Shown: piece by piece, positions 29,997 to 42,224 of the stretch
How the letters are laid out: each line of letters starts with the position of its first letter
How positions within the stretch are numbered: position 1 is the first letter of the stretch
Assembly (NCBI GenBank): GCA_963743305.1
Contig: CAVUPH010000020.1
Span: 32,001 to 96,000, forward strand
Source of the DNA: an uncultured delta proteobacterium
GTDB lineage: Bacteria; Desulfobacterota; RBG-13-43-22
Reading direction: 5' to 3'
DNA length: 64,000 bases
Position numbers and translations under genes: made by a program
The notes under the pieces: model-generated
Database searches by the model: none
What the model saw: the letters and a program-made list of their open reading frames with translations, nothing else
What the model was told of the DNA's origin: nothing

Positions 29997-31706
29997 ATGA
30001 AAGAAAACCCTGCAGAACCGGGAACGGATTTCATCCGTTCCATCATTAACGATGATTTGGAAACCCATAAATACGGCGGCCGGGTTCATACCCGTTTCCC
30101 GCCTGAACCCAACGGCTACCTCCACATCGGCCACGCCAAGTCAATTTGTATCAATTTCGGCATCGCGGCCGACTATCGGGGCCTCTGCAACCTTCGCTTC
30201 GACGATACCAATCCGAGTAAGGAGGAGGTGGAATATGTGGAATCCATTCAGGAAGATGTGCGCTGGCTGGGTTTCGGCTGGGATGAGCGCCTCTATTACG
30301 CCTCCGATTATTTTGAACAACTCTACGATTTCGCCGTCCAACTTATAAAAAAGGGCAAGGCCTACGTTTGCGACCTGACCGCGGAAGAGGTCAGGCGATA
30401 CCGGGGGACCCTGACCGAACACGGAAAGGACAGTCCTTTTCGAGACCGTTCGGTCGAGGAAAACCTGGACCTCTTCGCCCGGATGCGGGCCGGGGAATTC
30501 CCCGACGGGTCCCGGACCCTGCGGGCGAAAATTGACATGGCCTCTCCCAATTTAAATCTGCGCGACCCGGTAATGTACCGGATCATGCACGCCGAGCACC
30601 ATCGCACCGGCCCAAAGTGGTGCCTCTATCCCATGTACGATTTCACCCACGGCCTCTGCGATTCCCTGGAAAAGATCACCCATTCCATTTGCACCCTGGA
30701 GTTTGAAGACCATCGGCCGCTTTACGACTGGTTTCTGGATGAACTGGAGATTTATCATCCCCAGCAGATCGAATTCGCCCGTCTGAACCTCAGCTACACG
30801 GTGATGAGCAAGCGAAAGCTCCTGCAACTGGTGGAGGAGGGTTTGGTCAGCGGCTGGGATGACCCCCGGATGCCGACCCTTTCCGGCCTGCGCCGTCGGG
30901 GGTACACCCCGGAGGCGATTCGAGATTTTTGCAACCGCATCGGGGTGGCCCGGCGAGACAGCCTGGTGGACGTGGCCCTGTTGGAACACTGTTTGCGGGA
31001 AGATCTGAATAAAAGGGCCCCCCGGGTCATGGCCGTGCTGCGGCCCCTCAAGGTGGTGCTGACCAATTATCCGGAAAACCGGGTGGAGGAGTTGGAAGCC
31101 GTCAATAACCCCGAAGACCCGTCCATGGGGAACCGCAAAGTGCCTTTCTCTAAGGAGATCTATATCGAACGGGACGATTTCCGGGAAGACCCTCCCAAGC
31201 AGTTTTACCGCCTGGCCCCAGGCCGGGAAGTCCGTCTTCGTTACGCCTATTTTATCACCTGCCAGGAGGTGGTGCGTGATGAGAAAACAGGAGAGGTAAT
31301 CGAGTTGCGCTGCACCTACGATCCAGCCACCCGGGGCGGGGACGCGCCCGATGGCCGCAAGGTGAAGGCCACCCTGCATTGGGTTTCGGCCTCCCAGGCT
31401 TTCCAGGCGGAAGTGCGGCTCTATGATCGCCTCTTCCTCAAGCCGAACCCTGGAGAAGCGAAAGAGGGGGGCGATTTCAAGGCTTCCCTGAACCCGCAAT
31501 CGCTGGAGGTTTTAGACTCCTGCTGGGTTGAGCCCGAGTTACAAGGAGCCCAAACAGGAAATCACTACCAGTTTGAAAGGCTGGGGTACTTCTGCCTGGA
31601 CGGACGGGATTCCACTCCGGGGAAACCGGTGTTTAACCGCACGGCCACCCTGAGGGATACCTGGGCCAGGATAGAAGAGAAACAGAAGAAGGGCGGCGGA
31701 AAATAA
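29997..31706 (+). CDS. glnS: Glutamine--tRNA ligase
   Basis: [49 protein letters not shown]. Confidence 0.97.
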   Translation: MKENPAEPGTDFIRSIINDDLETHKYGGRVHTRFPPEPNGYLHIGHAKSICINFGIAADYRGLCNLRFDDTNPSKEEVEYVESIQEDVRWLGFGWDERLYYASDYFEQLYDFAVQLIKKGKAYVCDLTAEEVRRYRGTLTEHGKDSPFRDRSVEENLDLFARMRAGEFPDGSRTLRAKIDMASPNLNLRDPVMYRIMHAEHHRTGPKWCLYPMYDFTHGLCDSLEKITHSICTLEFEDHRPLYDWFLDELEIYHPQQIEFARLNLSYTVMSKRKLLQLVEEGLVSGWDDPRMPTLSGLRRRGYTPEAIRDFCNRIGVARRDSLVDVALLEHCLREDLNKRAPRVMAVLRPLKVVLTNYPENRVEELEAVNNPEDPSMGNRKVPFSKEIYIERDDFREDPPKQFYRLAPGREVRLRYAYFITCQEVVRDEKTGEVIELRCTYDPATRGGDAPDGRKVKATLHWVSASQAFQAEVRLYDRLFLKPNPGEAKEGGDFKASLNPQSLEVLDSCWVEPELQGAQTGNHYQFERLGYFCLDGRDSTPGKPVFNRTATLRDTWARIEEKQKKGGGK

Positions 31707-32030
31707 CCTTTCGAGCCTCTCTCAAACGCGGAGGCTAAAGCCTCCCCTGCCCGGGATCTTCATGTTTCGTAGGTGGCCGCAGGCGGCCATGGGGGTTTAG
31801 GACGAAAACAGAACCCGGCGCCACTCAGGCATTCATCAATAATTAATAATTAACAATTGATTATTAATTATTAATGTCAAAAACTTAGGCCTATGTCTGC
31901 CCCTTATTTTCATGCTTCGGGGTGCCCGTCCCTAGCATGGGGGTGCTTAATACGGAAATAGCTTTCCAATCTCACCAGCGCGAAGGCCTTCCCCCTTAGG
32001 TCGCCGTGCCTGCCGCGTGGTTCACTCCGA

Positions 32031-33041
32031 TTAGAAGCCCTGTTTGGCCATAAAATCGGCCAGGTCCGCTACCCGGCAGGAATAGCCCCACTCGTTGTCA
32101 TACCAGGCGACCACTTTGACCATAGTCCCCAGAAGCACCTGGGTAAACTCCAGATCGACAATGGAAGAATGGTCATTCCCTTTGAAATCCATGGAAACCA
32201 GCCGCTCTTCTTCGCAGGCCATGATGCCCTTCAGACGACCCCCGGCGGCTTTCTTCAAGACCTCCCGTAATTCCTCGGTTGTGGTGGCTTTCTGCAATTG
32301 GATGGTCAAATCCACCACCGAAACCGTCGGCGTGGGGACCCGGAGGGAATAGCCGTCAAACCGGCCGGCCAGCTCGGGTATGACCAGGGCCAAGGCCCGG
32401 GCGGCCCCGGTGGTGGTGGGGATGATATTTTGGCCCGCGGCCCGGGCTCGGCGCAGGTCCTTGTGGGGGAGGTCCAGGATGCGCTGGTCGTTGGTATAAG
32501 AGTGGACGGTAACCATCATGCCCCGTTCAATCCCGAAAGCCTGATGGATGACCAGGGTGGGCGGGGCCAGACAATTGGTGGTGCAGGAGGCGTTGGAAAC
32601 GATCTGATGGGTTTTAGGCTGGTATTGATCCTGGTTTACCCCCATCACCACGGTCAGGTCGATTTCCTTGGCCGGGGCGGAAATGATCACCTTTTTGGCC
32701 CCGGCCTCCAGGTGGGCCTGGGCCTTGGTACCGGTGGTAAACAGGCCGGTACTCTCGACCACCAGTTCCACGCCGATATCGTCCCAGGGAATGGTGGAGG
32801 GGTCCTTGCAGGCGTAACTGATCACCGGCTGCCCGTTGATCAGAAAGCGATCTTTTTCGACAACCACTTTCCCATCGAAGCGGCCGTAATTGGTGTCGTA
32901 TTTAAAGAGATGGGCGTTGGTCTCCGTGTCAAACAGATCGTTAATAGCCACCACCTGGAGGGTTTGGGGATACCGCTCCATGACGGCTTTCAATACCTGG
33001 CGTCCGATCCGGCCGAAGCCGTTAATCCCGATGCGAATCAT
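32031..33041 (-). CDS. gap: Type I glyceraldehyde-3-phosphate dehydrogenase
   Basis: [40 protein letters not shown]. Confidence 0.97.
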   Translation of the reverse strand: MIRIGINGFGRIGRQVLKAVMERYPQTLQVVAINDLFDTETNAHLFKYDTNYGRFDGKVVVEKDRFLINGQPVISYACKDPSTIPWDDIGVELVVESTGLFTTGTKAQAHLEAGAKKVIISAPAKEIDLTVVMGVNQDQYQPKTHQIVSNASCTTNCLAPPTLVIHQAFGIERGMMVTVHSYTNDQRILDLPHKDLRRARAAGQNIIPTTTGAARALALVIPELAGRFDGYSLRVPTPTVSVVDLTIQLQKATTTEELREVLKKAAGGRLKGIMACEEERLVSMDFKGNDHSSIVDLEFTQVLLGTMVKVVAWYDNEWGYSCRVADLADFMAKQGF

Positions 33042-33054
33042 GTGAGCCTCCTTA

Positions 33055-33618
33055 TTAATTGTCGTCCAGCCGAAACTTGTATTCGCTTAGTAGGGCGCAT
33101 TCCGTTTTCAAATGCTGGTGCAAACGGGCGTTTTCAATGGCCAGCGCGCTGAGGTTGGCCACGGCTTCCAAAAACTGAATTTCCTGGCCACTGAATTCCC
33201 TGGTTTTTTCCGTGTAGACCCTTAGGACGCCGATCACCTTTTTCCCGACCCCCAGGGGAACCACCAGAACGGATTTAATCCCTTCCTCCTTGGCCCGCTG
33301 CCCGTACTGAAAATTTTTATCCGATTGGGCATCTGCAATCCAAATGGTTTCCCCTTTGAGGGCCTTGCGGTCCAGTCCGCTTTTTTCCACAAGTACCGGT
33401 CCTTTGCGCACGTAACCGGTGGTCAGTCCGTAGGCGGCGGCCATGATCAGCCGTTTACGCTTGGGGTCAAGCAGTCGCAGGGAGCTGGCTTTCACGTTCA
33501 TAGATTCGGTAACCTGCCGAACGACTTTGTCCAGCACCTCGGGGAGTTCGAGGGAGGCGTTGATCACTTTCGCCACATCGTACAAGGCCGTAAAATAGTC
33601 CATCTTTTTTGTAGCCAT
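33055..33618 (-). CDS. Stand-alone GAF domain protein
   Basis: AAYGL...Y..KGPV, D.NFQY...[30 protein letters not shown]; paralog of 8229-8849. Confidence 0.85.
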   Translation of the reverse strand: MATKKMDYFTALYDVAKVINASLELPEVLDKVVRQVTESMNVKASSLRLLDPKRKRLIMAAAYGLTTGYVRKGPVLVEKSGLDRKALKGETIWIADAQSDKNFQYGQRAKEEGIKSVLVVPLGVGKKVIGVLRVYTEKTREFSGQEIQFLEAVANLSALAIENARLHQHLKTECALLSEYKFRLDDN

Positions 33619-33807
33619 GGTTTCGCTCCTTCTCCGGATTTTGGTTAACCGGGATTTTCCTCTTTTTTTTAAAAAAGATCAAGGAAATGGTGAAGTTAAT
33701 TAATCGGAAAGGGGCCAGGACGGCAAATTTAGGGCCACAGTTTTTCCAGGAGTACGATATTCTCCCATTCTTAACCAACAAGAATTGAGAATCGCGTTAA
33801 AAACTGC

Positions 33808-33842
33808 TAAAAAAAGGGCTTAGAATTTCTTCTAAGCCCTTG
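33808..33842 (-). terminator. Intrinsic terminator of the tRNA operon
   Basis: AAGGGCTTAGAA/TTCTAAGCCCTT stem with a T-run on the minus strand. Confidence 0.8.
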
Positions 33843-33849
33843 GATATTC

Positions 33850-33926
<77 letters not shown>

Positions 33927-33937
33927 GCAACTCATGA

Positions 33938-34012
33938 TGGTAGGCGGAACAGGATTTGAACCTGTGACCCTCGGCTTGTAAGGCCGATGCTCTCCCGCTG
34001 AGCTACCCGCCC
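33938..34012 (-). tRNA. tRNA-Val(TAC)
   Basis: Reverse complement GGGCGGGTAGCTCAGCGGGAGAGCATCGGCCTTACAAGCCGAGGGTCACAGGTTCAAATCCTGTTCCGCCTACCA. Confidence 0.97.
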
Positions 34013-34024
34013 GGTAAAGCACAT

Positions 34025-34054
34025 ATAATACAAATTTCTGGTGTATTTTGTCAA
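34025..34054 (-). promoter_or_regulatory. Sigma70 promoter of the tRNA operon
   Basis: TTGACA-N18-TATTAT on the minus strand, 12 nt before tRNA-Val. Confidence 0.7.
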
Positions 34055-34321
34055 GATTATTTTATAGTGGGGGTAGGTGGGGCACTGGAAGAAGAAGGAA
34101 GAAGGAAGATGGAAGCGGGGAAGCGTTGGGGTGATAAACTTAGACCTTTTGAAAGACCGGGATGGGGCAGCCGCGAAGCATGAACATAATTGACCTGGCG
34201 AGGACTTTAGTAAGGGTGGGTTCAATCCTACTCTTGTGAAGACAAATTATTAATAATCAATATTTAATTATTAACCGGTGAGTTTCTTTTTTGGTACCCT
34301 CCATCAGGGAAAGGAAGGGGT

Positions 34322-35498
34322 ATGAACAGCCAAAAGGCGTTTTTAACAGGTAAGGGCGAACGATGGGTCCGCAGCGGGCACCCTTGGGTGTTCCGGGACG
34401 ATATCGCCCGATTCGAGGAACCCGAGAATGGGGCCGTCACCCCATTTTTCACTCTACGGGGCGAGTTTCTGGGGTGGGGGTTTTTCAGCGCTCATTCCCG
34501 GATCGCCCTGCGAAGAATTTCTTCCCGGGAAATACCGATAGATGATGCCAGGTGGCGGCTGATTATCGAGAAAGCCCTGGCCCCTCGAAGAAACTGCCTG
34601 GACCAGGCCGATCAGGCCTGTCGTCTGGTTTTTGCCGAGGCCGACGGATTTCCCGGGTTGATCGCCGACTGGTATGCCGGCTATGTAGTCCTGCAAACCC
34701 TGATCCCCGGGACCGAACGTCTTCTGCCACTGCTGATCGGCCTTTTTCAGGATCTTCTTCACCCCCGATCCATTCTTCTGCGCAACGACCTGGAGGCCCG
34801 GACCATCGAAAAATTGCCCCGGGAGGTCAAGGTGCTGGCCGGTGAAATCCCGGAGCGGGTGATCATCCGTGAAGGGGAGATCCACTACCGGGTTGATTTG
34901 CTTGGCGGGCAGAAGACCGGGGCCTATCTTGACCAGCAGGAAAACCGAAAGCGGCTGGTTACCTTGACCCGGCCGGGAGGAAGGGTCCTGGATTGTTTCT
35001 CTTATACCGGGGTCTTCGCTCTTCACCAGGCCCTAAAGGCCGACGAGATTATCGCCGTGGACGACTCGGCCCGGGCCGTTGAAGAGGGAAGGGAAAATGC
35101 CCGGTTGAACGGCTTCGATCGGATTCGTTTCATAAAAGGCAATATTTTTGATTTTTTGAAGGAGGCGGAAAAACAGGCGGATCGGTTTGACCTGATTGTC
35201 CTGGACCCGCCCCCCTTTGCGCGGAAAAAATCGGAGGTGGCCGGCGGGCAGCGGGGTTATCTGGAACTGAACCGGCGGGCCATGGGGTGTCTGATCCGCT
35301 GGCGGCATTTTAGCCACCTATTCCTGTTCCCACAATTTCTCGGAGACGCTGTTTCTGGAGATGATTCGGGAAGCAGCCCGAAAGGCCGGACGCAAAGTGT
35401 TTCTACTGGAGAAGGCCCTCCAGTCTCCGGATCATCCGATTTTGTTGTCTTTTCCGGAAAGTTATTATTTGAAGGGAATGGTACTGCGGGTTGAGTAG
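34322..35498 (+). CDS. rlmI: RlmI-like (PUA + SAM) rRNA methyltransferase, apparent +1 insertion near 35298
   Basis: GHPWVF, EADGFPGL, GQKTGAYLDQ, VLDCFSYTG, LDPPPF; shifted frame continues GGILATYSCSH...PDHP...PESYYLKG to TAG at 35498. Confidence 0.82.
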
Positions 35499-35619
35499 AA
35501 AGACGCAGGGCGCGGAGCGCGAAGCGCAGGGCGTTATAAAAACCAAGACGTTCGGCGTTCGGATAGAGATAAATTCTCAGTTTAAACCCGCATGACCCAC
35601 TGAGGCACTCCGAAGGATG

Positions 35620-35697
35620 AAAATCCCCCCCAACCCCCCTTTTTCTTAGGGGGGAGTTAAAGTCCCCCTTTGACAAAGGGGGATTTAGGGGGATTTT
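35620..35697. repeat. REP-like C-run/G-run double-hairpin element
   Basis: aaaatccccccaaccccctttt..agggggagttaaagtccccctttgacaaagggggatttagggggatttt. Confidence 0.8.
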
Positions 35698-35791
35698 GAA
35701 TAAGCAGGAATAACCACCAAACTATTTATTTTCATACTAATATGTGAGCATCTGATATCTGCCCTTCGCCCGCTAAACGCCGAACGTTTCA

Positions 35792-37504
35792 TCAGCCCAT
35801 CTTTATCTTCAGGCTCCTCAGGCGATTGACAGCGGCGGCGGCTTCCAGGAGACGTGGCCTGACCAGGTTCCCGACTTTATAGGGCATCAAGCAGTCCATC
35901 CCCTTTTCCTTCACCTCCTGATAGGCTTTCTCCAGCCCTTCCCTCAGATTGTCGCTCTCTTTTAAATATTTGGACTCGTAGAGGTGGATCAGCCGTCCGA
36001 TGGTCCGGAGCTGGCCGGGTTCCACCAGTTGCTCCAGATAGGAGAGGTCGATGGCCTGGTCGCCGTAAAGGACGGTTTGCATGCCCTTAGCGTCGATTCG
36101 CACCTCCCGGCGCCCCAGGCTGGAATCGAAGGCCTCGGCCTGGGGTTGGCGTGCGGTAATTTCACCAAAGCCGCTCCCGCCTTCCTGCAATCGTCGGACC
36201 GGAAACCTTTGGGCGATCTCCCGGGCCTCCTCGGTTACCAGGGCGGGCCGGTAATTGTTCATCCAAATCACTTGGTCGGCCGCTTCGAAGTAATCCCCGG
36301 AGCCGCCCATGACTAAAACAGTGGAGACTCCATAATCCTGGTACAGCGGGCGCACTTTATCGACAAAAGGCCTAATGGGTTCATGAGCCTTGGGTATCAG
36401 TTCCTGCATCCGTCGATCACGGATCATAAAGTTGGTGGCCGAGGTGTCCTCATCCAAGAGCAGGACCCGGGCGTCCATCTCCAGGGCCTCCATAATATTA
36501 GCGGCCTGGGAGGTGCTGCCGCTGGCGTTTTCCGTGCGAAAACGGGTGGTGTCTTCCAACAGCGGAAGGGATCGAATAAAGGGACTGATATTCACTTTTT
36601 CCACATTCCGCCCGTCCTCGGCCCGAATTTTTACGGCCTGGGGATCGGTCACCACAAATTCCCGACCGTCCCCGGGAATGTGGCTGTAAATACCCAGTTC
36701 CAGTGCCCGCAGCAGGGTCGATTTCCCGTGAAACCCGCCCCCCACGATCAGGGTCACCCCTTCGGGGAGGCCCATGCCGGTCAGAAGGCCCTTGTGGGGG
36801 AGTTGAAAGGTGACGGTTAGATCTTGCGGCGGCCAAAAGGGTACCGCTCCCATGGCCAGGGGCCTGGAGCTGACCCCGCTTTCCCGGGGGAGAATCGCCC
36901 CCTCGGGAATAAAGGCGATCAGTTTTTTCCCTCGGAGCTGGTCTCGTAGCCATTCCTGGTCCTCGTAGGCATCGACGAAGCGTTTGACTTCCAGTATTTT
37001 GTTCGGGATTTGCTGGATCCCATGTTGCACGAGCAGGGGGATTTCCTCAAAAAAAATGGCTACCGCCTCCAGGCCCTGAATGGTCCGTCCCGCCGCCGGC
37101 AAGCCCACGGTCAGACGAAGCTCCAGGGTTTCCCCGTCGATTACCACGGAGGTCCGCTCCAGAATTTCCGGGCCGCCGGCCTCGATCTGCAGCAGTCCGC
37201 TCTTTCCGCCTCCCCCCTGTCTTTTTAATCGGGTGCGAATGGCCTGCTGCACCTGCCGTCCCACATAATCGCCAAAGGCTACCCGACGGACGGGGTTTTC
37301 CCAGAAGTCGGCCATGATCTTCCACTTTTTCAGGGAATAGAGGACCCGGAACCGGGAAGGCGGGGCAAAGGGATCGGCCTGGACCCGGTCAATGTTCAAT
37401 TGATACTGTGAGAAGAGGTATTCCCCCTCAATATCCTGGTAGGCCTTGTAGCCTTTTTCATGGATCCGGAACAGTGTCCGCTTCAAATCATCGGCCGGTT
37501 TCAT
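35792..37504 (-). CDS. Predicted ABC-class ATPase (ABC_ATPase family)
   Basis: VQADPFAPPSR, GLPAAGR, Walker A GGGFHGKSTLL, KIRAEDGR, ASGSTSQA, LLLDEDTSATNFM. Confidence 0.9.
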   Translation of the reverse strand: MKPADDLKRTLFRIHEKGYKAYQDIEGEYLFSQYQLNIDRVQADPFAPPSRFRVLYSLKKWKIMADFWENPVRRVAFGDYVGRQVQQAIRTRLKRQGGGGKSGLLQIEAGGPEILERTSVVIDGETLELRLTVGLPAAGRTIQGLEAVAIFFEEIPLLVQHGIQQIPNKILEVKRFVDAYEDQEWLRDQLRGKKLIAFIPEGAILPRESGVSSRPLAMGAVPFWPPQDLTVTFQLPHKGLLTGMGLPEGVTLIVGGGFHGKSTLLRALELGIYSHIPGDGREFVVTDPQAVKIRAEDGRNVEKVNISPFIRSLPLLEDTTRFRTENASGSTSQAANIMEALEMDARVLLLDEDTSATNFMIRDRRMQELIPKAHEPIRPFVDKVRPLYQDYGVSTVLVMGGSGDYFEAADQVIWMNNYRPALVTEEAREIAQRFPVRRLQEGGSGFGEITARQPQAEAFDSSLGRREVRIDAKGMQTVLYGDQAIDLSYLEQLVEPGQLRTIGRLIHLYESKYLKESDNLREGLEKAYQEVKEKGMDCLMPYKVGNLVRPRLLEAAAAVNRLRSLKIKMG

Positions 37505-37903
37505 TTCAAGCCTCCTCTGGCTGATTGCAGTCGTATTTAATGTACACCAAAACGGCAGGATTGAAAAGGAGGGAAGAGCCGATCCTAAGCAGCCTGTTGG
37601 CGATTTATGATTGACAATAAATTCATCGTTTCATATTGAGAGGAAGAGAGGGCAAATATCTGACCTATGGAATGACCTAAGGGGGGAGGAATTTATCACT
37701 CTGGCCTTTTACACGTTAGTCCGTTCGGCCTTTTCACCGTCTTGGCGTCGAACGGCGTCAATGTTAGACTGCGCTCATCTCTTCTCAAGAACGCCCAACC
37801 ATCCAAAATATCTAAATAAAAAAATGATTCTTGAAAAACAGCGGGTTGTTTGTTATCTATAATGAATCACTTTTCAATTCTGAAATCATAACTCGCAGGC
37901 GTT

Positions 37904-38836
37904 TTGAAAAAAGCCGGTGCCATAGACGTTGGTTCCAACACCTTACGGTTGTTAATCGCCCAAATCGAAGGAAATCGAATTCTCCCGGTCTGCCGTGATC
38001 GCGAAATGGTCCGGTTAGGGCGAAATTTTTTTCCAGGACGGGTCATCGGCCGTCAAGCCCTGGGGTCGGCCCTCCAGGTGTTGGAACGGTTCCAAAGGAC
38101 GGGCGTCCAGGAGGGGGTGGCCCGGTTCCGGGCCGCAGGCACTGGAATCCTGCGGGAATCCTCGAATACCCATCAATTTTTAGAGGCCGTTCGAAAAACC
38201 ACCGGAATAGCGATCCAGGTTCTTTCCGGTGAGGAAGAGGCCCGTTTAAGCGCCCTGGGGGTCCTGTCGGTTTTTCAGGATATCACCGGGCTCACCTGTA
38301 TTTTTGATCTCGGGGGCGGGTCCGTGGAATTCACCTGGGTGCAATCGGGGAAAATAAGGGAAACTCTCAGTCTGCCTCTGGGTGCTGTAGGGTTGACCGA
38401 GCAATTTCTTTTTTCCGATCCTCCGCTGAAACATGAGCTGGACCGCCTTCGCGGGCATTGTCTGCAGACGCTGCGGAAAAGAATAAATATAACTGAATCC
38501 GTTAGTTGCCTGATCGGAACGGCCGGAACGGTGACGACTTTAGCCGCCATGGTCCAGAAGTTGGCGGAGTACGCTCCGTCCCGGATCAATGGTTCTGTGC
38601 TTGATCAAGACACCCTGGATCGGTTATTATTTACGCTGACCTCTATCCCCCTGACCACCCGCCAAGAACTTCCCGGGCTGGAACCGGACCGGGCGGATAT
38701 AATCACAGCCGGCCTGGTGGTCGTGTTGTCGATTTTGGACTTTTTTGATGCCGATTCGCTCCGGGTTAGCGATGCCGGGTTGCTGGAGGGGTTGTTGCTG
38801 GACGAAGCGGCGACCTGTATCGGGCGCCGGCCATAA
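37904..38836 (+). CDS. Ppx/GppA family phosphatase
   Basis: IDVGSNTLRL, SGEEEARL, DLGGGSVE, SLPLGAV, GTAGTVTT, RADII. Confidence 0.92.
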   Translation: MKKAGAIDVGSNTLRLLIAQIEGNRILPVCRDREMVRLGRNFFPGRVIGRQALGSALQVLERFQRTGVQEGVARFRAAGTGILRESSNTHQFLEAVRKTTGIAIQVLSGEEEARLSALGVLSVFQDITGLTCIFDLGGGSVEFTWVQSGKIRETLSLPLGAVGLTEQFLFSDPPLKHELDRLRGHCLQTLRKRINITESVSCLIGTAGTVTTLAAMVQKLAEYAPSRINGSVLDQDTLDRLLFTLTSIPLTTRQELPGLEPDRADIITAGLVVVLSILDFFDADSLRVSDAGLLEGLLLDEAATCIGRRP

Positions 38837-38867
38837 GGCAACCGAAGTTAATTGAAAGGAGTAACCC

Positions 38868-40337
38868 ATGGCCAACCAACCGAATGCCATTCCCGACGGA
38901 TTGACTTTTGACGATCTGTTAATCCAGCCGGCTTATGCCCAGATCGTACCCTCGGAGGTCGAGGTGTCCACCCGCCTGACCAAAGGGATTCAACTAAACA
39001 TACCCATCGTCAGCGCCGCCATGGATACGGTGACCGAGTACCAGACGGCCATCAGCATGGCGCGCCAGGGCGGAATCGGGATAATCCACAAGAATATGAC
39101 TATCGCCCTGCAGGCCACCGAGGTGGAAAAAGTCAAGAAATCGGAAAGCGGGATGATCGTGGATCCGGTGACCATCGAACCGGACCGCAAGGTCCATGAC
39201 GTCTTGGCCGTCATGGAAAAATTTGGCATTTCCGGGGTGCCGATCGTTAAAGGTAAAAAATTGGTGGGGATCATTACCAACCGCGACTTGCGTTTCGAGA
39301 CGGACATGAACAAGAGCGTGGAAGAAGTCATGACCAAGGACAATCTGGTGACCGCCAAGGTGGGAATCAACCTGGCGGACTCCAAGGCCCTGCTCCACAA
39401 GAACCGGATCGAGAAATTACTGGTCATCGACGATAAAGGCAACCTTAAGGGTTTGATTACCATCAAAGATATTGAAAAACTTAAAAAGTACCCTTTGTCC
39501 TGCAAGGATAAGCTGGGCCGTCTTCGGGTTGGGGCCGCGGTCGGAGTGTCCCCCGGGGAACTGGATCGGGTCGAGGCGCTGCGCCGGGCGGAGGTGGATG
39601 TGGTCGTGGTGGACGTAGCCCATGGCCATTCGCAGAATGTGGTCGAAGCAGTGAAAAATATCAAAAAGCGCTTTGCGGATTTGCAGGTTATTGCCGGAAA
39701 CGTGGGGACGGCCGAAGGGGCCGAGGCCTTGATCAAAGCCGGAGCCGACGGGGTCAAGGTGGGGATCGGGCCGGGGTCCATCTGTACCACCCGGATCGTG
39801 GCCGGGGTGGGCGTGCCGCAGATTACCGCCATCATGACCTGTGCCGGGGTGGCGAAAAAATACAAAATTCCGGTTATCGCCGACGGCGGCATCAAGTTCT
39901 CCGGAGACGTGACCAAGGCCCTGGCTGCCGGAGCAAACACGGTGATGATCGGCAGCCTTTTTGCCGGGACCGAGGAAAGCCCCGGTGAAACGATTCTGTT
40001 CCAAGGCCGGACGTACAAGGTCTACCGCGGCATGGGTTCCATCGAGGCCATGAAACAGGGCAGCAGCGACCGCTACTACCAGGAGGGATTTGAAAACGAA
40101 TCCAAGCTGGTTCCAGAGGGGATTGTGGGCCGAGTCCCCTACCGCGGCCCTCTATCGGCCATGGTCTACCAACTGGTGGGCGGGCTTAAGTCCGGCATGG
40201 GCTATGCGGGGTGCCGCACCCTGCCGGAATTGAGTGCCAAGGCCCGGTTTGTGCGCATCACCCCGGCCGGGTTGCGCGAGTCCCACGTCCATGACGTGAT
40301 CATCACCAAAGAGGCGCCCAATTACTGGCTGGATTAG
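38868..40337 (+). CDS. guaB: IMP dehydrogenase
   Basis: [17 protein letters not shown] pair, [29 protein letters not shown]. Confidence 0.98.
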   Translation: MANQPNAIPDGLTFDDLLIQPAYAQIVPSEVEVSTRLTKGIQLNIPIVSAAMDTVTEYQTAISMARQGGIGIIHKNMTIALQATEVEKVKKSESGMIVDPVTIEPDRKVHDVLAVMEKFGISGVPIVKGKKLVGIITNRDLRFETDMNKSVEEVMTKDNLVTAKVGINLADSKALLHKNRIEKLLVIDDKGNLKGLITIKDIEKLKKYPLSCKDKLGRLRVGAAVGVSPGELDRVEALRRAEVDVVVVDVAHGHSQNVVEAVKNIKKRFADLQVIAGNVGTAEGAEALIKAGADGVKVGIGPGSICTTRIVAGVGVPQITAIMTCAGVAKKYKIPVIADGGIKFSGDVTKALAAGANTVMIGSLFAGTEESPGETILFQGRTYKVYRGMGSIEAMKQGSSDRYYQEGFENESKLVPEGIVGRVPYRGPLSAMVYQLVGGLKSGMGYAGCRTLPELSAKARFVRITPAGLRESHVHDVIITKEAPNYWLD

Positions 40338-40435
40338 AGGGCGCGTAGCGCTGAGCGCAGAGCGCCTGGCGAAAGAAGACTGAACCCATTCAGCGCCCAG
40401 CATAAATTCTGAACCCTGAAAGAGGGAAAAACCCC

Positions 40436-41992
40436 ATGGACCTGCACAGTCAAAAAGTTCTTATCTTGGATTTCGGGGGCCAGACCAGCCAGTTGATCGC
40501 CAGACGGGTGCGGGAGGCCAAGGTTTACTGCGAGCTTCATCCCTTTAACTGGTCCTGGTCCAAAATTAAAGCCTTCGACCCTCAGGGGATCATCCTTTCC
40601 GGGAGTCCCGCCAGCGTCTATGACGCCAAAGCCCCCTTCCCGGACCCCAAAATTTTTGAATTGGGCGTTCCCGTGTTAGGCATCTGCTATGGTTTGCAGT
40701 TGCTGACCCACCAACTGGGCGGTCGGGTGGAACATTCCTCCAAACGGGAATACGGCCGGGTGGAGATGACCATTAGGGATTTTGAAGGGCTATTCCAGGG
40801 TCTGGACCGGGGCGGCCGAAAAGGCCAGACCGTCTGGATGAGCCACGGCGACCGGATCGAGAAGATGCCCCCGGGCTTCAGAGCCATTGCCGGCAGCGGC
40901 AATGCCCCGGTGGCGGCCATGAGGAATCGGTCCCGGACGATTTGGGGCGTTCAGTTCCATCCGGAAGTGGTCCATACCCCTAACGGCTATAAGATAATTA
41001 GAAATTTCCTGTTTAAGATTTGCCGGCTAAAACCGCTTTGGACCACTCGTTCTTTTATCAAACAGGCGGTGGCCGATATTCGGGAACAGGTGGGAACGGG
41101 AAAGGTGATCTGCGGCCTCTCCGGCGGGGTGGATTCATCGGTAGTGGCGGTCCTGCTCCACCAGGCCATTGGTGACCAGTTAACCTGTATCTTCGTCAAT
41201 AACGGACTGCTGCGGAGCGGGGAGGCGGAAAAAGTGGTTCAGGTGTTCCGCGGCCATTACCGTATCCCCTTAGTCCATGTAGACGCCGGGGCCGACTTTT
41301 TGAGAAAATTGAAGAAGGTAACCGATCCGGAAAAGAAACGCCGGATCATCGGCCACGAATTCATCCGGATCTTCGAACAGGAAGCCAAGAAGATCGGGCC
41401 GGTCCGTTTTTTAGCCCAGGGGACCTTGTACCCGGATGTCATCGAGTCCGTGTCCTTCCGGGGCCCTTCCGCCACCATCAAGACCCATCACAATGTGGGC
41501 GGCCTGCCGGCTCGGATGAAACTGAGTCTCATCGAACCGCTGCGGGAGTTGTTCAAGGATGAAGGCCGGCAGGTGGGGCGAAGCTTGGGCCTGCCGGAAG
41601 AGATGATCATCCGCCAGCCCTTTCCGGGGCCTGGCCTGGCCATCCGGATCGTGGGCGAAGTGACCGAAGACCGGCTGGCCGTCCTCCGCCGGGCCGATAC
41701 CATCGTTTGGGAAGAGATGCGGCGGGCCGGCCTCTACAACCGGGTTTGGCAATCTTTCGCCGTCCTGCTGCCCGTTAAAACCGTGGGGGTTATGGGGGAT
41801 GAACGGACCTACGAGCATGTGATCGCCTTGCGAATCGTGGACAGCCAGGATGCCATGACCGCCGACTGGTCCCGCGTTCCTTATACCCTGCTGGGGCTTA
41901 TCTCCAACCGCATCATTAACGAGGTCAAAGGCGTCAACCGGGTCGTTTATGATATTTCCTCTAAACCGCCGAGCACCATCGAATGGGAATAA
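40436..41992 (+). CDS. guaA: GMP synthase (glutamine-hydrolysing)
   Basis: [48 protein letters not shown]. Confidence 0.98.
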   Translation: MDLHSQKVLILDFGGQTSQLIARRVREAKVYCELHPFNWSWSKIKAFDPQGIILSGSPASVYDAKAPFPDPKIFELGVPVLGICYGLQLLTHQLGGRVEHSSKREYGRVEMTIRDFEGLFQGLDRGGRKGQTVWMSHGDRIEKMPPGFRAIAGSGNAPVAAMRNRSRTIWGVQFHPEVVHTPNGYKIIRNFLFKICRLKPLWTTRSFIKQAVADIREQVGTGKVICGLSGGVDSSVVAVLLHQAIGDQLTCIFVNNGLLRSGEAEKVVQVFRGHYRIPLVHVDAGADFLRKLKKVTDPEKKRRIIGHEFIRIFEQEAKKIGPVRFLAQGTLYPDVIESVSFRGPSATIKTHHNVGGLPARMKLSLIEPLRELFKDEGRQVGRSLGLPEEMIIRQPFPGPGLAIRIVGEVTEDRLAVLRRADTIVWEEMRRAGLYNRVWQSFAVLLPVKTVGVMGDERTYEHVIALRIVDSQDAMTADWSRVPYTLLGLISNRIINEVKGVNRVVYDISSKPPSTIEWE

Positions 41993-42052
41993 CCTTTCGG
42001 ACGCTGGGTTTAAAACAAAGCGCAGGCCGGGGGCGGATACCCGCGAAGGATG

Positions 42053-42128
42053 AAAATCCCCTCCAACCCCCCTTTATCAAAGGGGGGAGTTAAAGTCCCC
42101 CTTTGCAAAGGGGGATTTAGGGGGATTT
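42053..42128. repeat. REP-like C-run/G-run double-hairpin element
   Basis: Near-identical to 35620-35697. Confidence 0.8.
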
Positions 42129-42224
42129 AAACTCCGGCCAGGCATTGGGAATGTCCGCTATTTTTGCCTTCAACCTCTAACACGCAACGTTTCTAATTTT
42201 CAAAATAAGAGTAGCCCAACGACC

